DNA of 64,000 nucleotides from a virus (Duplodnaviria > Caudoviricetes). Numbering within the stretch: the stretch's first letter is position 1; the number at the start of each line of letters is the position of its first letter. This document shows, one piece after another, positions 1-8,925 of this stretch. A model generated the notes under the pieces. That model had not been told where the DNA came from. It ran no database searches and saw nothing but the letters and a program-made list of their open reading frames with translations. The stretch covers positions 7,975 through 71,974 of IMG/VR virus record IMGVR_UViG_3300033066_000364; one strand, 5' to 3'. Made by a program: the position numbers and the translations under genes.

Positions 1-162
1 GTCGCAAGACGACGAGTTGGCCGACATTATTTCGACCACATGCCGAGGGGATTTATGCACGGCTGGCGACGATGGAATGTGTGCGGTTCATCCGACGTGT
101 AGTTTCGTCACTGCCAGAGAGTTGCTTAAAAGGCAATGTGACGCTCAAGTAGAAAGGCCAGC

Positions 163-357
163 ATGAACTACCTGACACCGGCTCAATGGACCGTCTTGGA
201 CAACATGATTCACAGTTGGGATATCCATACCAATTTGAACTACAAAATGGCCGAGGAAGCATACAGGTGGCTGGTAAACAACGAGTATATTAAGGATGGC
301 AGATTGACTGCTTTGGGTGAAACGGCAACTTTGACCCATGTGATTATCAAGCATTAG
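163..357 (+). CDS. hypothetical protein (64 aa)
   Basis: ORF track; ATG start, plausible phage-like composition. Confidence 0.45.
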   Translation: MNYLTPAQWTVLDNMIHSWDIHTNLNYKMAEEAYRWLVNNEYIKDGRLTALGETATLTHVIIKH

Positions 358-462
358 CGACACCTTCACCGAGAACGAAGAGAAGGCTTTCGAGTTGTTC
401 GCATACGTCCAGTCGCAGGACAGGAAGGTGCGGCTCGTGAAAGTAACGGAAGAGGTGCTGCG

Positions 463-582
463 TGCTGATGACGCTCAAGCAGCCGCTTTGCCAAATGAGC
501 CATATTTAACCGTATACAATAGCGACATTTGGTGATGCTGATGACGCTCAAGCAACTCGCTGCTGTTGACGCTCAAGCAGCC
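463..582. repeat. three 19-bp direct repeats TGCTG(A/T)TGACGCTCAAGCA
   Basis: Copies start at 463, 536 and 561; partial copy TGACGCTCAAG at 139-149. Confidence 0.85.
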
Positions 583-692
583 CAGTGCGTGCCGACAAAT
601 TAGTTTGTCCCCATCTCCGAAAAATTTCCCGCGACGACCGCAATGGGCCATCTGGTACACCACCAGGGTATACCAGGGTGGCCCTGTACCCG

Positions 693-860
693 TCACTTAG
701 CACAGCCAACCATGCACGTCTTGCACTTTGGGCATTTGTAGTAATGGAATAGATCGCAGATGCGAACCCATGCGCCGTTCTTGTGTACCAGTTCTCGATT
801 GGCGGTATATGGAGGACTCTTGAGAAGCTTCGCGGGTATCTTGCATTTTTCACAGTTCAT
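693..860 (-). CDS. small Cys-rich (zinc-ribbon-like) protein, 55 aa; not in ORF track
   Basis: Manual translation MNCEKCKIPAK...YKCPKCKTCMVGCAK; GAAAGGG RBS and the minus-strand promoter at 908-934 lie upstream. Confidence 0.65.
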   Translation of the reverse strand: MNCEKCKIPAKLLKSPPYTANRELVHKNGAWVRICDLFHYYKCPKCKTCMVGCAK

Positions 861-1072
861 CTTTCCATCCCTTTCATTTCGAGTATCGTTTCCTCATCAC
901 AATATCCTAGACGCAATAGGCGTCTGTTTGTTCCAAGAAAAAAAATAAATATTCTTGGAACATAGGCGAATGAATCGCGTATAGTATTATGTGAGGAATG
1001 AAACATCTTAAAAGGCGATACCGATTGCGTATAGGTTAATGTCAAGGGAATCACCACTAGCACCGAAAGGGT

Positions 1073-1432
1073 ATGACGATGAACGCAAAGAACAACAAAA
1101 CGGTTACGAATGGCCATTGGGGAGTTAGCACGACAAGCGGAAGCGATATCCAAGGCTCGATTCTGAGCGTCTGCAAGTGCCATGAAGGAAGCAAATTCAA
1201 GGATGGGAAGTTCCGCATCCAATACGCTTCGCTGAATGGCATGACGTTTCCAGAGCGATTTGATAGCGGATATGATCGTATTTGCTTGGAACATGGGTTC
1301 CTGAAAATGTACGGGCGCAATACGTGCGAATTCATCATGTCCCGCGCAGCACGCAAACGCGGGTACACAACAACGGATTGTATGTATCTCGGCAGAGTCA
1401 AACGCCATGCTGAGGAGATGGCAAAGAAATAG
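1073..1432 (+). CDS. early-region hypothetical protein
   Basis: ORF with GAAAGGG RBS; ends in the TAGGCG cassette motif. Confidence 0.75.
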   Translation: MTMNAKNNKTVTNGHWGVSTTSGSDIQGSILSVCKCHEGSKFKDGKFRIQYASLNGMTFPERFDSGYDRICLEHGFLKMYGRNTCEFIMSRAARKRGYTTTDCMYLGRVKRHAEEMAKK

Positions 1433-1516
1433 GCGTAATTTCTTGGAACGCAATCCCATATTTCGCGTATGGGATTGTGTCGAGAAGAAAACAATCTAAC
1501 TGGAAAGGTGCTAGTC

Positions 1517-2050
1517 ATGATCGCAATCACTGACAAAAATCTGAAAGACGGCGAAACGTCCTTGATCCATCGGTTTGAACATGCTGGACTTGGCAAGGCT
1601 CCATTCCGATTCACTGGCACAGTTACGGAAAAGGTGTTTTGTGTTCCGGGCGGAATGCCGAAGGCCGGTTCATCGTGCGATTACTGCGGAACTGGCATTC
1701 GATATGAATTCTGGGTCGAATCGGCAGATGCCAAGGTTTTCAAGGTTGGTTGCGATTGCATTCACAAGACTGAGGATCGGGGTTTAATCAAGCAAATTAG
1801 CGTTGCCGAGCGTAAGCTTCGAGATGCCAAAAACAAGGCCGCAAAGGATCGCAAGGCCGCGAAATTGGCAAGCCGAGTCGAGAAGGCGAAAGAGACGCTA
1901 TCGGTCGTTCGCGGGACATTGGCAAGCAAACCCCATCCGTCGCAGTATTTCGCCGATCAAGGCCGCACGTTGCTAGATTACGTGCAATGGTGCTTTGACA
2001 ACCGCGCAGCGGATAAGGCGTGTTTCATAATTGAGAAAGCAGCGGAATAG
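1517..2050 (+). CDS. early-region hypothetical protein with Cys motifs (CDYCG...GCDC) and basic coiled segment
   Basis: ORF; start moved to ATG 1517 after GAAAGGT RBS. Confidence 0.8.
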   Translation: MIAITDKNLKDGETSLIHRFEHAGLGKAPFRFTGTVTEKVFCVPGGMPKAGSSCDYCGTGIRYEFWVESADAKVFKVGCDCIHKTEDRGLIKQISVAERKLRDAKNKAAKDRKAAKLASRVEKAKETLSVVRGTLASKPHPSQYFADQGRTLLDYVQWCFDNRAADKACFIIEKAAE

Positions 2051-2093
2051 GATAGGCGAATCGCCCATTCGCCATTTTTGAAAGGTTACGACG

Positions 2094-2330
2094 ATGAAAC
2101 TGACCATAGGCGACCGTGTAGCGTATTCGGTTCAATTCCTCAAGTCTATTGGCATGTCGCATAGTAATATGGCGTTTGCCAAGGGAAAGATAACGTATCT
2201 GAATGCGATATCGCTCAATTTCATCTTGGCAACTATCCAATGGGAAGGCGGCGCAGAGATGCCAGAAAAGGTAGCCGTTGCCAATCTTGCCAAGGTAGGA
2301 CCAAATAGGCGTTATGCAAATTGCGATTAA
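2094..2330 (+). CDS. hypothetical protein
   Basis: ORF with GAAAGGT RBS. Confidence 0.7.
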   Translation: MKLTIGDRVAYSVQFLKSIGMSHSNMAFAKGKITYLNAISLNFILATIQWEGGAEMPEKVAVANLAKVGPNRRYANCD

Positions 2331-2410
2331 TTTTCTTGGAACACAATCGCCCGTTTTGCGTATAGGTTATTGTACGGGACAAACATCTTAACTCTGAAAG
2401 GGAAACGACA

Positions 2411-2644
2411 ATGGCAATTCACGAAATCGAAGTTTGGGTATTGGTGGACGCAAACGGGGACTATGGCGTTGGCCGCGACGAGGACGGCGCTAAGGACAAT
2501 TACGATGCCGAGATAGACAATTCGCTGATCGGTTCTCGCATGGTCAAGATGACGTTGAATGTCGAGATGCCCGATGCGGTCGAGTTGTCGGCGGATATCC
2601 CTTGCGAGCAAGGCAAGGCGATTGTAACCAGCATCAAAGCGTAA
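2411..2644 (+). CDS. small acidic hypothetical protein
   Basis: ORF with own promoter (2338) and GAAAGGG RBS. Confidence 0.75.
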   Translation: MAIHEIEVWVLVDANGDYGVGRDEDGAKDNYDAEIDNSLIGSRMVKMTLNVEMPDAVELSADIPCEQGKAIVTSIKA

Positions 2645-2717
2645 TTCGGCGGAACACTACTCCCGATATCGCGTATAGGATATCGGGCATTTTGAAACAC
2701 TCTAAACTCGAAAGGGA

Positions 2718-3254
2718 ATGAACATGACGACGAAAGAACGAAGCCTGGAAGAAATCGGCAAGTGCGCAATGGCATCCATTCGCGAAATGGTCGATGCTCT
2801 TGAATGCGACTATCAACGCATGGAAGAACTGCGAACGGAACGCGATGAATGGGTCGAAAACGACGGCGACGCAGACGAGCAAAACAGAACAGAGGCGGAA
2901 TGGAAAAGTGAGTTTCCAGAGGAAGCAAGTGAGTTGGCCGAACTGGAAGCGGCAGCAGGCGATTGCCAAGACGAAGACGATGCACGTCAGCGTATCGATG
3001 AAGACCCGCTATCGCTCGAATTTCGCAGCGGGTGGGTATCGAGCAAAGACGACATGGAACCGGAAGAATATTGCCTCTTGCTTTCGACGGGTGGACCTGC
3101 GACGCGGATCATAGGCGATATCGACAATGGAGAGGCAACGTCGGCGCGTCTGCAAGTGCAGGATTGGGGGACGCCTTGGACGGAACATGTCGTCACTGGC
3201 GAAGATCATCGGGCGTTAATGGCATACGTTCAGTGCTTTTGCTTCGAGCAATAG
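2718..3254 (+). CDS. highly acidic early protein (DNA-mimic candidate)
   Basis: About 47 of 178 residues are D/E by hand count; own promoter (2651) and RBS. Confidence 0.75.
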   Translation: MNMTTKERSLEEIGKCAMASIREMVDALECDYQRMEELRTERDEWVENDGDADEQNRTEAEWKSEFPEEASELAELEAAAGDCQDEDDARQRIDEDPLSLEFRSGWVSSKDDMEPEEYCLLLSTGGPATRIIGDIDNGEATSARLQVQDWGTPWTEHVVTGEDHRALMAYVQCFCFEQ

Positions 3255-3309
3255 GCGATTCACAATCGGGACGGCGCAAACCGCCGTCCCTCATTCGGGA
3301 GGTGCAATC

Positions 3310-3582
3310 GTGAAGATTGATCCAAACGTTTATTCCGATTACCGTAAAGCGAAATCAGAGGCCGGAAAACTGGCCATTGCCATGCGATTCGAGTTAGGTC
3401 AGAGTGTAGGCGGAAAACCGCAAGTGAGGACCACTACGGGGCGCATAAAGCCTTTCAAGACTTGGCTTTCCGCTTTCACTTGGCTTTACGCAATTTGGCT
3501 TGACAGACAGCCAAAGGCGGTTTGCAAGCCCATGCCGAGTGTGAAGGAACCGCCTGTACCGTGGGCAATCATGCTGGATTAA
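3310..3582 (+). CDS. hypothetical protein
   Basis: GGAGG RBS, GTG start. Confidence 0.6.
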   Translation: MKIDPNVYSDYRKAKSEAGKLAIAMRFELGQSVGGKPQVRTTTGRIKPFKTWLSAFTWLYAIWLDRQPKAVCKPMPSVKEPPVPWAIMLD

Positions 3583-3656
3583 TTCTTGGAACAAAGGCGA
3601 ACGGATTGCGTTTAGGATAGTGGGAAGAACGATAACTTAACTCGAAAGGTGATGCG

Positions 3657-4136
3657 ATGAAACGTCTGCGAATGTACAAAACCAATGGCGAATACGTTTG
3701 TTGTAAAGATGCCGAGTTACCAACGTGGTCCGATGCGATTGACTTGGTTAGGAAGTATCTTGGGGATGTTTCCGGTCGAGTTAGCGTCTCGATAAGCGAC
3801 GACTACAATCATCCTGATTATTCAGGCCAGTGTGTTTTGAGGGCCAATACGTCTGGCGGTAGCGAATACATTATCTTGGGGTATGAAAGGCCGCAAATTG
3901 AATCGCCCGCCAATCAGGACCATACGCTAGAATCGATCAGGATAGACATACAGGCCGCTTGCCAAGTATCGTGTATCGTCCGCGACAAAATGCCTCACGA
4001 TGCCTACCGTGACGAACTGAGCCGCATTGCAACGGCGTTGGCGGAACTGTGCAACGATGTTAGTCGTCTGGAAATGGCCGAGATACCCGCGAAAGCGTTC
4101 GTCGTGCCGCGTGGATGGGAATCGGTGGAATCATAG
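3657..4136 (+). CDS. hypothetical protein
   Basis: Own promoter (3588) and RBS. Confidence 0.75.
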   Translation: MKRLRMYKTNGEYVCCKDAELPTWSDAIDLVRKYLGDVSGRVSVSISDDYNHPDYSGQCVLRANTSGGSEYIILGYERPQIESPANQDHTLESIRIDIQAACQVSCIVRDKMPHDAYRDELSRIATALAELCNDVSRLEMAEIPAKAFVVPRGWESVES

Positions 4137-4219
4137 GCGGAATTTGTGGAGCGCTCACCTAAATTTCGCGTTTAGGTGAGTGCAGGGATAACCAATACAC
4201 GAAATGAAAGGGCAGGACG

Positions 4220-4435
4220 ATGGGCGATTACAACGAATCACTGAAATGCTACGTCCGCAACATGAAGGCCATGATTGCGAAGGCCAAGCGAGACGGCATT
4301 GTTGGGATGAGTCGAGCAAACTTGCGTCAGATTGTCAGCACGAAGGGATTGACCATTCCGCCAGCGGCATTTGATCGCTTGGTTGACGACGCTATTCGCA
4401 TCGTAAAGGTCAAGGGATTCGCGATTTACGCATAA
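4220..4435 (+). CDS. small basic hypothetical protein
   Basis: Own promoter (4148) and GAAAGGG RBS. Confidence 0.7.
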   Translation: MGDYNESLKCYVRNMKAMIAKAKRDGIVGMSRANLRQIVSTKGLTIPPAAFDRLVDDAIRIVKVKGFAIYA

Positions 4436-4523
4436 TTGATCCACACCCGCGCCGTCGATACCAAACAAGCCAATTGGCAGTATGTCGGTCGCGGGTGTTA
4501 CTTACACTTGAAAGGAAAGAGCG

Positions 4524-4637
4524 ATGCCGAAATGCCCTAAATGCGGATCGACAATGGTAGGCGGTGCGCCGCATGGTCCGTGGCCAGTTCAATACGAATG
4601 CCGACAGTGTGGTACAATAACTACTCCGTCGAAATAG
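4524..4637 (+). CDS. 37-aa zinc-ribbon peptide; not in ORF track
   Basis: MPKCPKCGS...ECRQCG; GAAAGGA RBS; stop lies in the TAGGCG motif. Confidence 0.6.
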   Translation: MPKCPKCGSTMVGGAPHGPWPVQYECRQCGTITTPSK

Positions 4638-4725
4638 GCGGAACACAAATCGCCCGATTGCGTCTAGGGTAGTATAACCGAGTGCAATATTGCACTTTAC
4701 ATTACAGAAACGAAAGGTTTTAGAC

Positions 4726-4929
4726 GTGGCAAAGGAATTCGATAATAATCCGCGCAGTTTTGCTTTGGACATGGTTGCGAATGGTCTTGTGAGTGCTGAC
4801 AGCATGCTTTTGATGGCACTCAATTACATGTCGCATGATGATGTTCGCGACATGCTTGACGCAAACGAACTCAGTCCAAGATTCGACGAAGACGACGAGG
4901 CCGATAGCGACGATGATAGTGAAGACTAA
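4726..4929 (+). CDS. small acidic hypothetical protein
   Basis: GTG start after GAAAGGT RBS; D/E-rich tail. Confidence 0.65.
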   Translation: MAKEFDNNPRSFALDMVANGLVSADSMLLMALNYMSHDDVRDMLDANELSPRFDEDDEADSDDDSED

Positions 4930-5023
4930 CTTTATCAACATAGTAAACATTGCACAGAATGAATTTTGAGGCATTGCGATTCCAGAGGTGGACGCAATGC
5001 CCTTTTCATGGTAGACTTGCCTC

Positions 5024-5785
5024 ATGAGTGAAACCAATGCGATTAATGACCATATGGAAGTAAATGGACCCGTTAGAGGTTCGTCTGAGCCGATGGCGGG
5101 ACGATGTGGGCGTAAGTTACGCGGGACGGACCCACCACGGTATTGCACGAAGTACCCTAGCGATGGCAGAACCGCATGCAAGTTCCACGGCGGCGCATCG
5201 TTGGCAGGCGTATCAAGCCCATCATTCAAGACTGGCAGACACTCGAAATACATGCCTAAGCCCTTGATGGAGAGGCATGAATCGCGGCTCGCGGACATCC
5301 AGGCGGTACGCAAGCTTGACGAAGAAATCGTCATGCTGGATGGGCGCATATCGGACCTATGCGAACGCCTATCTACTGGCGAGCGCGGAACTGTATGGGA
5401 TGACATGCAGGCGAGCGTGAACGAATTCACAGAGGCATTCGACGGCTGGCGCACCAGTCAATCGGGCGAGCGTGAAGCGAAAGCGGCTGCGTTGTTTGCA
5501 TCGCTCGAATCAATCAAGGCGATAGCGGCCAAAGGGAAAGAGACGGAACAAGCGTGGAGAGACTTGGACGCGGCCATCCATAGCAAGGCGAAAATAACGG
5601 CGATTGAAGCGAAGCGAATGGCCGATATGGGCGAGATTGCGACCCGCGATGAAGTCAAAACCCTAGTCCTGCAAATCGTGAATGTCGTGAAGGATCGCGT
5701 AACGGACCCACAGACGCTACGCCTAATCTCGAATGATCTTATGCCAGTGTTGGGTAATCCGCATAAGGTAATAGGCGTAAAATAG
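5024..5785 (+). CDS. terS: terminase small subunit (HGGxSTG-type)
   Basis: RCG...YC...CKFHGGAS motif followed by GRHSKY and a helical/coiled region; TGGACG-N17-TAGACT promoter at 4989-5017. Confidence 0.75.
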   Translation: MSETNAINDHMEVNGPVRGSSEPMAGRCGRKLRGTDPPRYCTKYPSDGRTACKFHGGASLAGVSSPSFKTGRHSKYMPKPLMERHESRLADIQAVRKLDEEIVMLDGRISDLCERLSTGERGTVWDDMQASVNEFTEAFDGWRTSQSGEREAKAAALFASLESIKAIAAKGKETEQAWRDLDAAIHSKAKITAIEAKRMADMGEIATRDEVKTLVLQIVNVVKDRVTDPQTLRLISNDLMPVLGNPHKVIGVK

Positions 5786-5862
5786 TGGAACAACGGACCG
5801 CGAATTGCGTCTAGGTTGATGTGAGGAACGAAACAACAAACTCGAAGCGAAAGGTGAATGAG

Positions 5863-6228
5863 ATGTTGACTGTAATGATTCACTCGGAAAATGCGGCTTT
5901 TGATGATTCTCAAGGTGTGCGGAATGATGAGTGCGCTCGCATCCTTCGTTCTATTGCTGATTCCTTGGAGAAAGGTCGCGACAGTGGCGATTGCATTGAT
6001 TTCCAAGGCAATACGGTTGGCAGCTGGGGCATCAATGCCGACGCAAGGGTTTATTTGCGAGTATCGCCAAATGGTGATTCGCTTAGCTCAAGTCGAGTTA
6101 ATCGGAAAGACCTAGAGCGAAGACTAGGCGGCGACGAATTGAAATCTTGGCTCGATATGTGCGAATCTCGCGGCAAGGTTGGGGAGTGCGGCGAGTTTTT
6201 CGACGATGTTATCGTGATGGTTGGCTAG
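5863..6228 (+). CDS. hypothetical protein
   Basis: Own promoter (5787); GAAAGGT RBS. Confidence 0.7.
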   Translation: MLTVMIHSENAAFDDSQGVRNDECARILRSIADSLEKGRDSGDCIDFQGNTVGSWGINADARVYLRVSPNGDSLSSSRVNRKDLERRLGGDELKSWLDMCESRGKVGECGEFFDDVIVMVG

Positions 6229-6281
6229 TTTGCTTGAAATCGCCCAGTTTTGTCAGTTTCACTTAACGCGAAAGGGAAAAC

Positions 6282-6521
6282 ATGATTCGTGAAAGTAAAA
6301 GAGAAGACCGCCTAACCGTGCCTGAGTTGGTCCGGTTATTCCATCGTGGCGATAATGCGGGTATCGTCGATGCAATCCTTGAGGAAGAAGACACCACAAT
6401 TGGCGTTAGTCAGGTTTTATGGATGGTTGCTAGCCTAATGGATATCAATTTTAAGAAGGTATCCAGCGAGGACATTCGCAACCTTTCAAGATTGTTTGCG
6501 GATCGCAACATAAACGCCTAA
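6282..6521 (+). CDS. hypothetical protein
   Basis: GAAAGGG RBS. Confidence 0.65.
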   Translation: MIRESKREDRLTVPELVRLFHRGDNAGIVDAILEEEDTTIGVSQVLWMVASLMDINFKKVSSEDIRNLSRLFADRNINA

Positions 6522-6593
6522 ACGCCGGAACAACTCGGCACGGAAGCCGTTTAGGATAGCGTAACGAACCCCAAACAACGAAAGGTGACGACA

Positions 6594-6794
6594 ATGGGAC
6601 TAAAAGAGTATCGGGAACTGTTGATCCAAGCGAAGCAACAGGAACCAAGCGAAGGTCATTTCATTCGGTGCGGGATGTTGGCAAGCCAATTACACGAAGC
6701 GTGCTGGCAGCCGTGGGCCAAAAGCGAAGCCAGCGAGTTAAGCAAAGAATTCTTGGCCGAGCGTGAACGATCCAGGGAAGCGGCTGGATGTTAG
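6594..6794 (+). CDS. hypothetical protein
   Basis: Own promoter (6527); RBS; stop in TAGGCG. Confidence 0.7.
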   Translation: MGLKEYRELLIQAKQQEPSEGHFIRCGMLASQLHEACWQPWAKSEASELSKEFLAERERSREAAGC

Positions 6795-6885
6795 GCGGAA
6801 AAAATAATCGGGAGAGCGAAACAAGACTCTCCCGATTGCGTCTAGGATGATGTAACGGGAACCACTTAACACGAAAGGGAAGCAA

Positions 6886-7077
6886 ATGAAACTTGAAATA
6901 AAAGACATCAGCAAAGAAGATCGATTGCGATACACGGACGGGACTAGGGCGGTTTGGAAATGGATTTGCCCTGGCTGCGATGGCGAAACATTTGGAACGG
7001 ACGACGAATCATTGACAAGAGCAGCAATACGGGCTGATCCGCTTTGTTGCTATTGTCGAGAACGCACCGAAAATTAA
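6886..7077 (+). CDS. small Cys-containing protein (CPGC...CCYC)
   Basis: Own promoter (6818); RBS. Confidence 0.7.
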   Translation: MKLEIKDISKEDRLRYTDGTRAVWKWICPGCDGETFGTDDESLTRAAIRADPLCCYCRERTEN

Positions 7078-7148
7078 AACAGTGCAATCGCCCACAAATC
7101 GCGTATAGGATAGTGTTCAGAAACACCAAACCATGAAAGGGAACGCAA

Positions 7149-7355
7149 ATGCGAGTAAATAGTTTTGAATCCGACCGCATATACGTCGAGTCTCTGGAAA
7201 CTAAATTGCAAAACGAACGACGCAAAACCCATAAGGTTCGAATGAAACTGCATGAGATAATCAAATTGCTTGGCAATTCAGACCTAAAGGCAATAGACCG
7301 CGTTGCGAATGCACTGGTATGGGCGGAAGAAGCCGTCGAACGGATAGACGCCTAA
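7149..7355 (+). CDS. small coiled-coil protein
   Basis: RBS; -10 CGTATA at 7102. Confidence 0.7.
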   Translation: MRVNSFESDRIYVESLETKLQNERRKTHKVRMKLHEIIKLLGNSDLKAIDRVANALVWAEEAVERIDA

Positions 7356-7805
7356 TCCCACAACACAGAACCAAATGCCAACAATCCCGATAGAAAGACA
7401 CAGAGAACCACAGGAGCCACTACAACCAAACCCAGTGGCTCCGCACCCTCTCCCCTAATCCAATCATCCCATAACGCAAACCAGACGCTAGAAACAGCAC
7501 CGTAGCACGCTGGGAACCAAGCCAATCGCCATGCGGCGCACAATGGAACCGCCTGCAAATACGCCCAGAAATGAGCGCAGGAATGCCCAAATGGCCGCAC
7601 GAATACGGCCAGGAATACAGCTAGGAATGTCCATAGGGGCGCACAAATGACGCCAGGAATGTCACCATCTCCCCTTCCATAGCCACAAAAACGGCAAACT
7701 GCATGCAGAAAAACCGTATACAATCGATTGCTTTGTATACAGAATGTTGTATACTTTGTTGAGTTGTATACGCCAATAGGCGGGATTTGTATACGGAGAA
7801 TTGAG

Positions 7806-8102
7806 ATGGCGAAAGCAGATGCGGTTCCGGTGAGGTTTGACAGCGAGGAGGAGAAGGCGAGGTTTGCGGAGTGCGCCAAGAAAGATGGCGTCAGTATGGC
7901 GGTATGGATCCGCAACGCATGTCGAGCGTATGCGGATGGCCCTGTTGAGGTGCAGCCAGTTGAAGCCCTCAAATCGAAGCCCACGAAGAAGGAGAAGCCG
8001 GAATCGGAGATGACGTTTCAGGAGTTGCGGAATAGGCGGGTAGGGATCAAGGAGCCAGTGTCGGCCCTTGACGCATTCAAACACATGTTGCCCCCTGATT
8101 AG
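7806..8102 (+). CDS. ribbon-helix-helix (CopG-like) DNA-binding protein
   Basis: VPVRFDSEEEKARFAECAKKDGVSMAVWIRNAC fits the RHH pattern. Confidence 0.7.
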   Translation: MAKADAVPVRFDSEEEKARFAECAKKDGVSMAVWIRNACRAYADGPVEVQPVEALKSKPTKKEKPESEMTFQELRNRRVGIKEPVSALDAFKHMLPPD

Positions 8103-8114
8103 GAGGATAGGCGG

Positions 8115-8417
8115 ATGTTTAAGTTAGACCCGAATGACCGGATTGGCGATAGGGCAAGCTTCCTGCATGAGCAGGAGAGGCGAACCACGGAGTATTACGA
8201 CATGCTGGCGGACCGTGGCGTATCGTTCGATTGGAGCGATTGCACTAAGGCGGGCGAGAATGGCCATAGGAGCCGTTGTGAGCAGGTCAAGGTTGCGTTG
8301 TGTCCAGAGTGCCAGCAACGCAATGCGGAGGCCATAGGAGCGAAGCGGGCCATTGACGACGAGCGTGAAGCCCTTCGTCACCAAGCCCTGCGCCAGTTTC
8401 AGCGTGAAGGAGAATAG
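8115..8417 (+). CDS. hypothetical protein
   Basis: AGGAGG RBS. Confidence 0.65.
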   Translation: MFKLDPNDRIGDRASFLHEQERRTTEYYDMLADRGVSFDWSDCTKAGENGHRSRCEQVKVALCPECQQRNAEAIGAKRAIDDEREALRHQALRQFQREGE

Positions 8418-8535
8418 GCGGCAGGTGTAAACCCCTTTACACCTGGATTGATAGGCGGAATTCGTGGAACAGAGTAGCGCCGATTGCGTCTAGGTTAGTG
8501 TAACGAACACCACTCTAACCGAAAGGTAAACGGCA

Positions 8536-8634
8536 ATGATCGCAATCACCATGAAGACCCTGGTATGGCTTGGCATCATCGGCTACGCAAGCTACGATCC
8601 GCACAGTGGCATTCTCTACATCTCGGCACGATAG
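8536..8634 (+). CDS. 32-aa hydrophobic peptide; not in ORF track
   Basis: Follows promoter 8466 and GAAAGGT RBS; stop in TAGGCG. Confidence 0.5.
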   Translation: MIAITMKTLVWLGIIGYASYDPHSGILYISAR

Positions 8635-8925
8635 GCGGCCTCAGCCAGTGCAATATTGCACAACTAATAACTAGGTGATGCCCCTACGGAAACATGGGGG
8701 TTTCACTTAGGGAGGGTAGGGGGTGGCTGCCACCTTGGACATATATCATTTTTAGACGGTTCGTTCCGTACAAATATATAAATAGGAATTGGGTGGAGTC
8801 TTCCGTACAGAGTTGAGTGGTGTGTTGTCTCTCTCTGGTGGTGACTCTCTGTTCTCTTGGGGTTCTCTTTTGTTTCTTTGATCGGGAATGTTGGCGATGG
8901 GAGTTTCTTTTGTGGGAGTGGTTTT

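Larger units (their letters stand above)
908..8492. promoter_or_regulatory. family of 12 ECF-sigma-type promoters, GGAAC-N16-CGT(C/A/T)TA
   Basis: -35/-10 starts: minus strand 934/913; plus strand 957/978, 1445/1466 (CGTATG), 2338/2359, 2651/2672, 3588/3609, 4148/4169 (GGAGC), 4640/4661, 5787/5808, 6527/6548, 6818/6839 (GAAAC), 8466/8487. The spacer is 16 nt in every case. Confidence 0.85.

Noticed and set aside
463-582. possible mini-CRISPR array
   Set aside because: Repeats only 19 bp, gaps of 54 and 6 nt, no cas genes
1007-7107. -10-only copies at 1028 and 7102
   Set aside because: Lack the GGAAC -35 at correct spacing, so not counted among the 12 promoters; may be weak or degenerate copies
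7352-7984. 210-aa minus-strand ORF with hydrophobic C-terminus
   Set aside because: Overlaps the RHH gene antisense; hydrophobicity is explained by the G/T skew of that strand; no credible start
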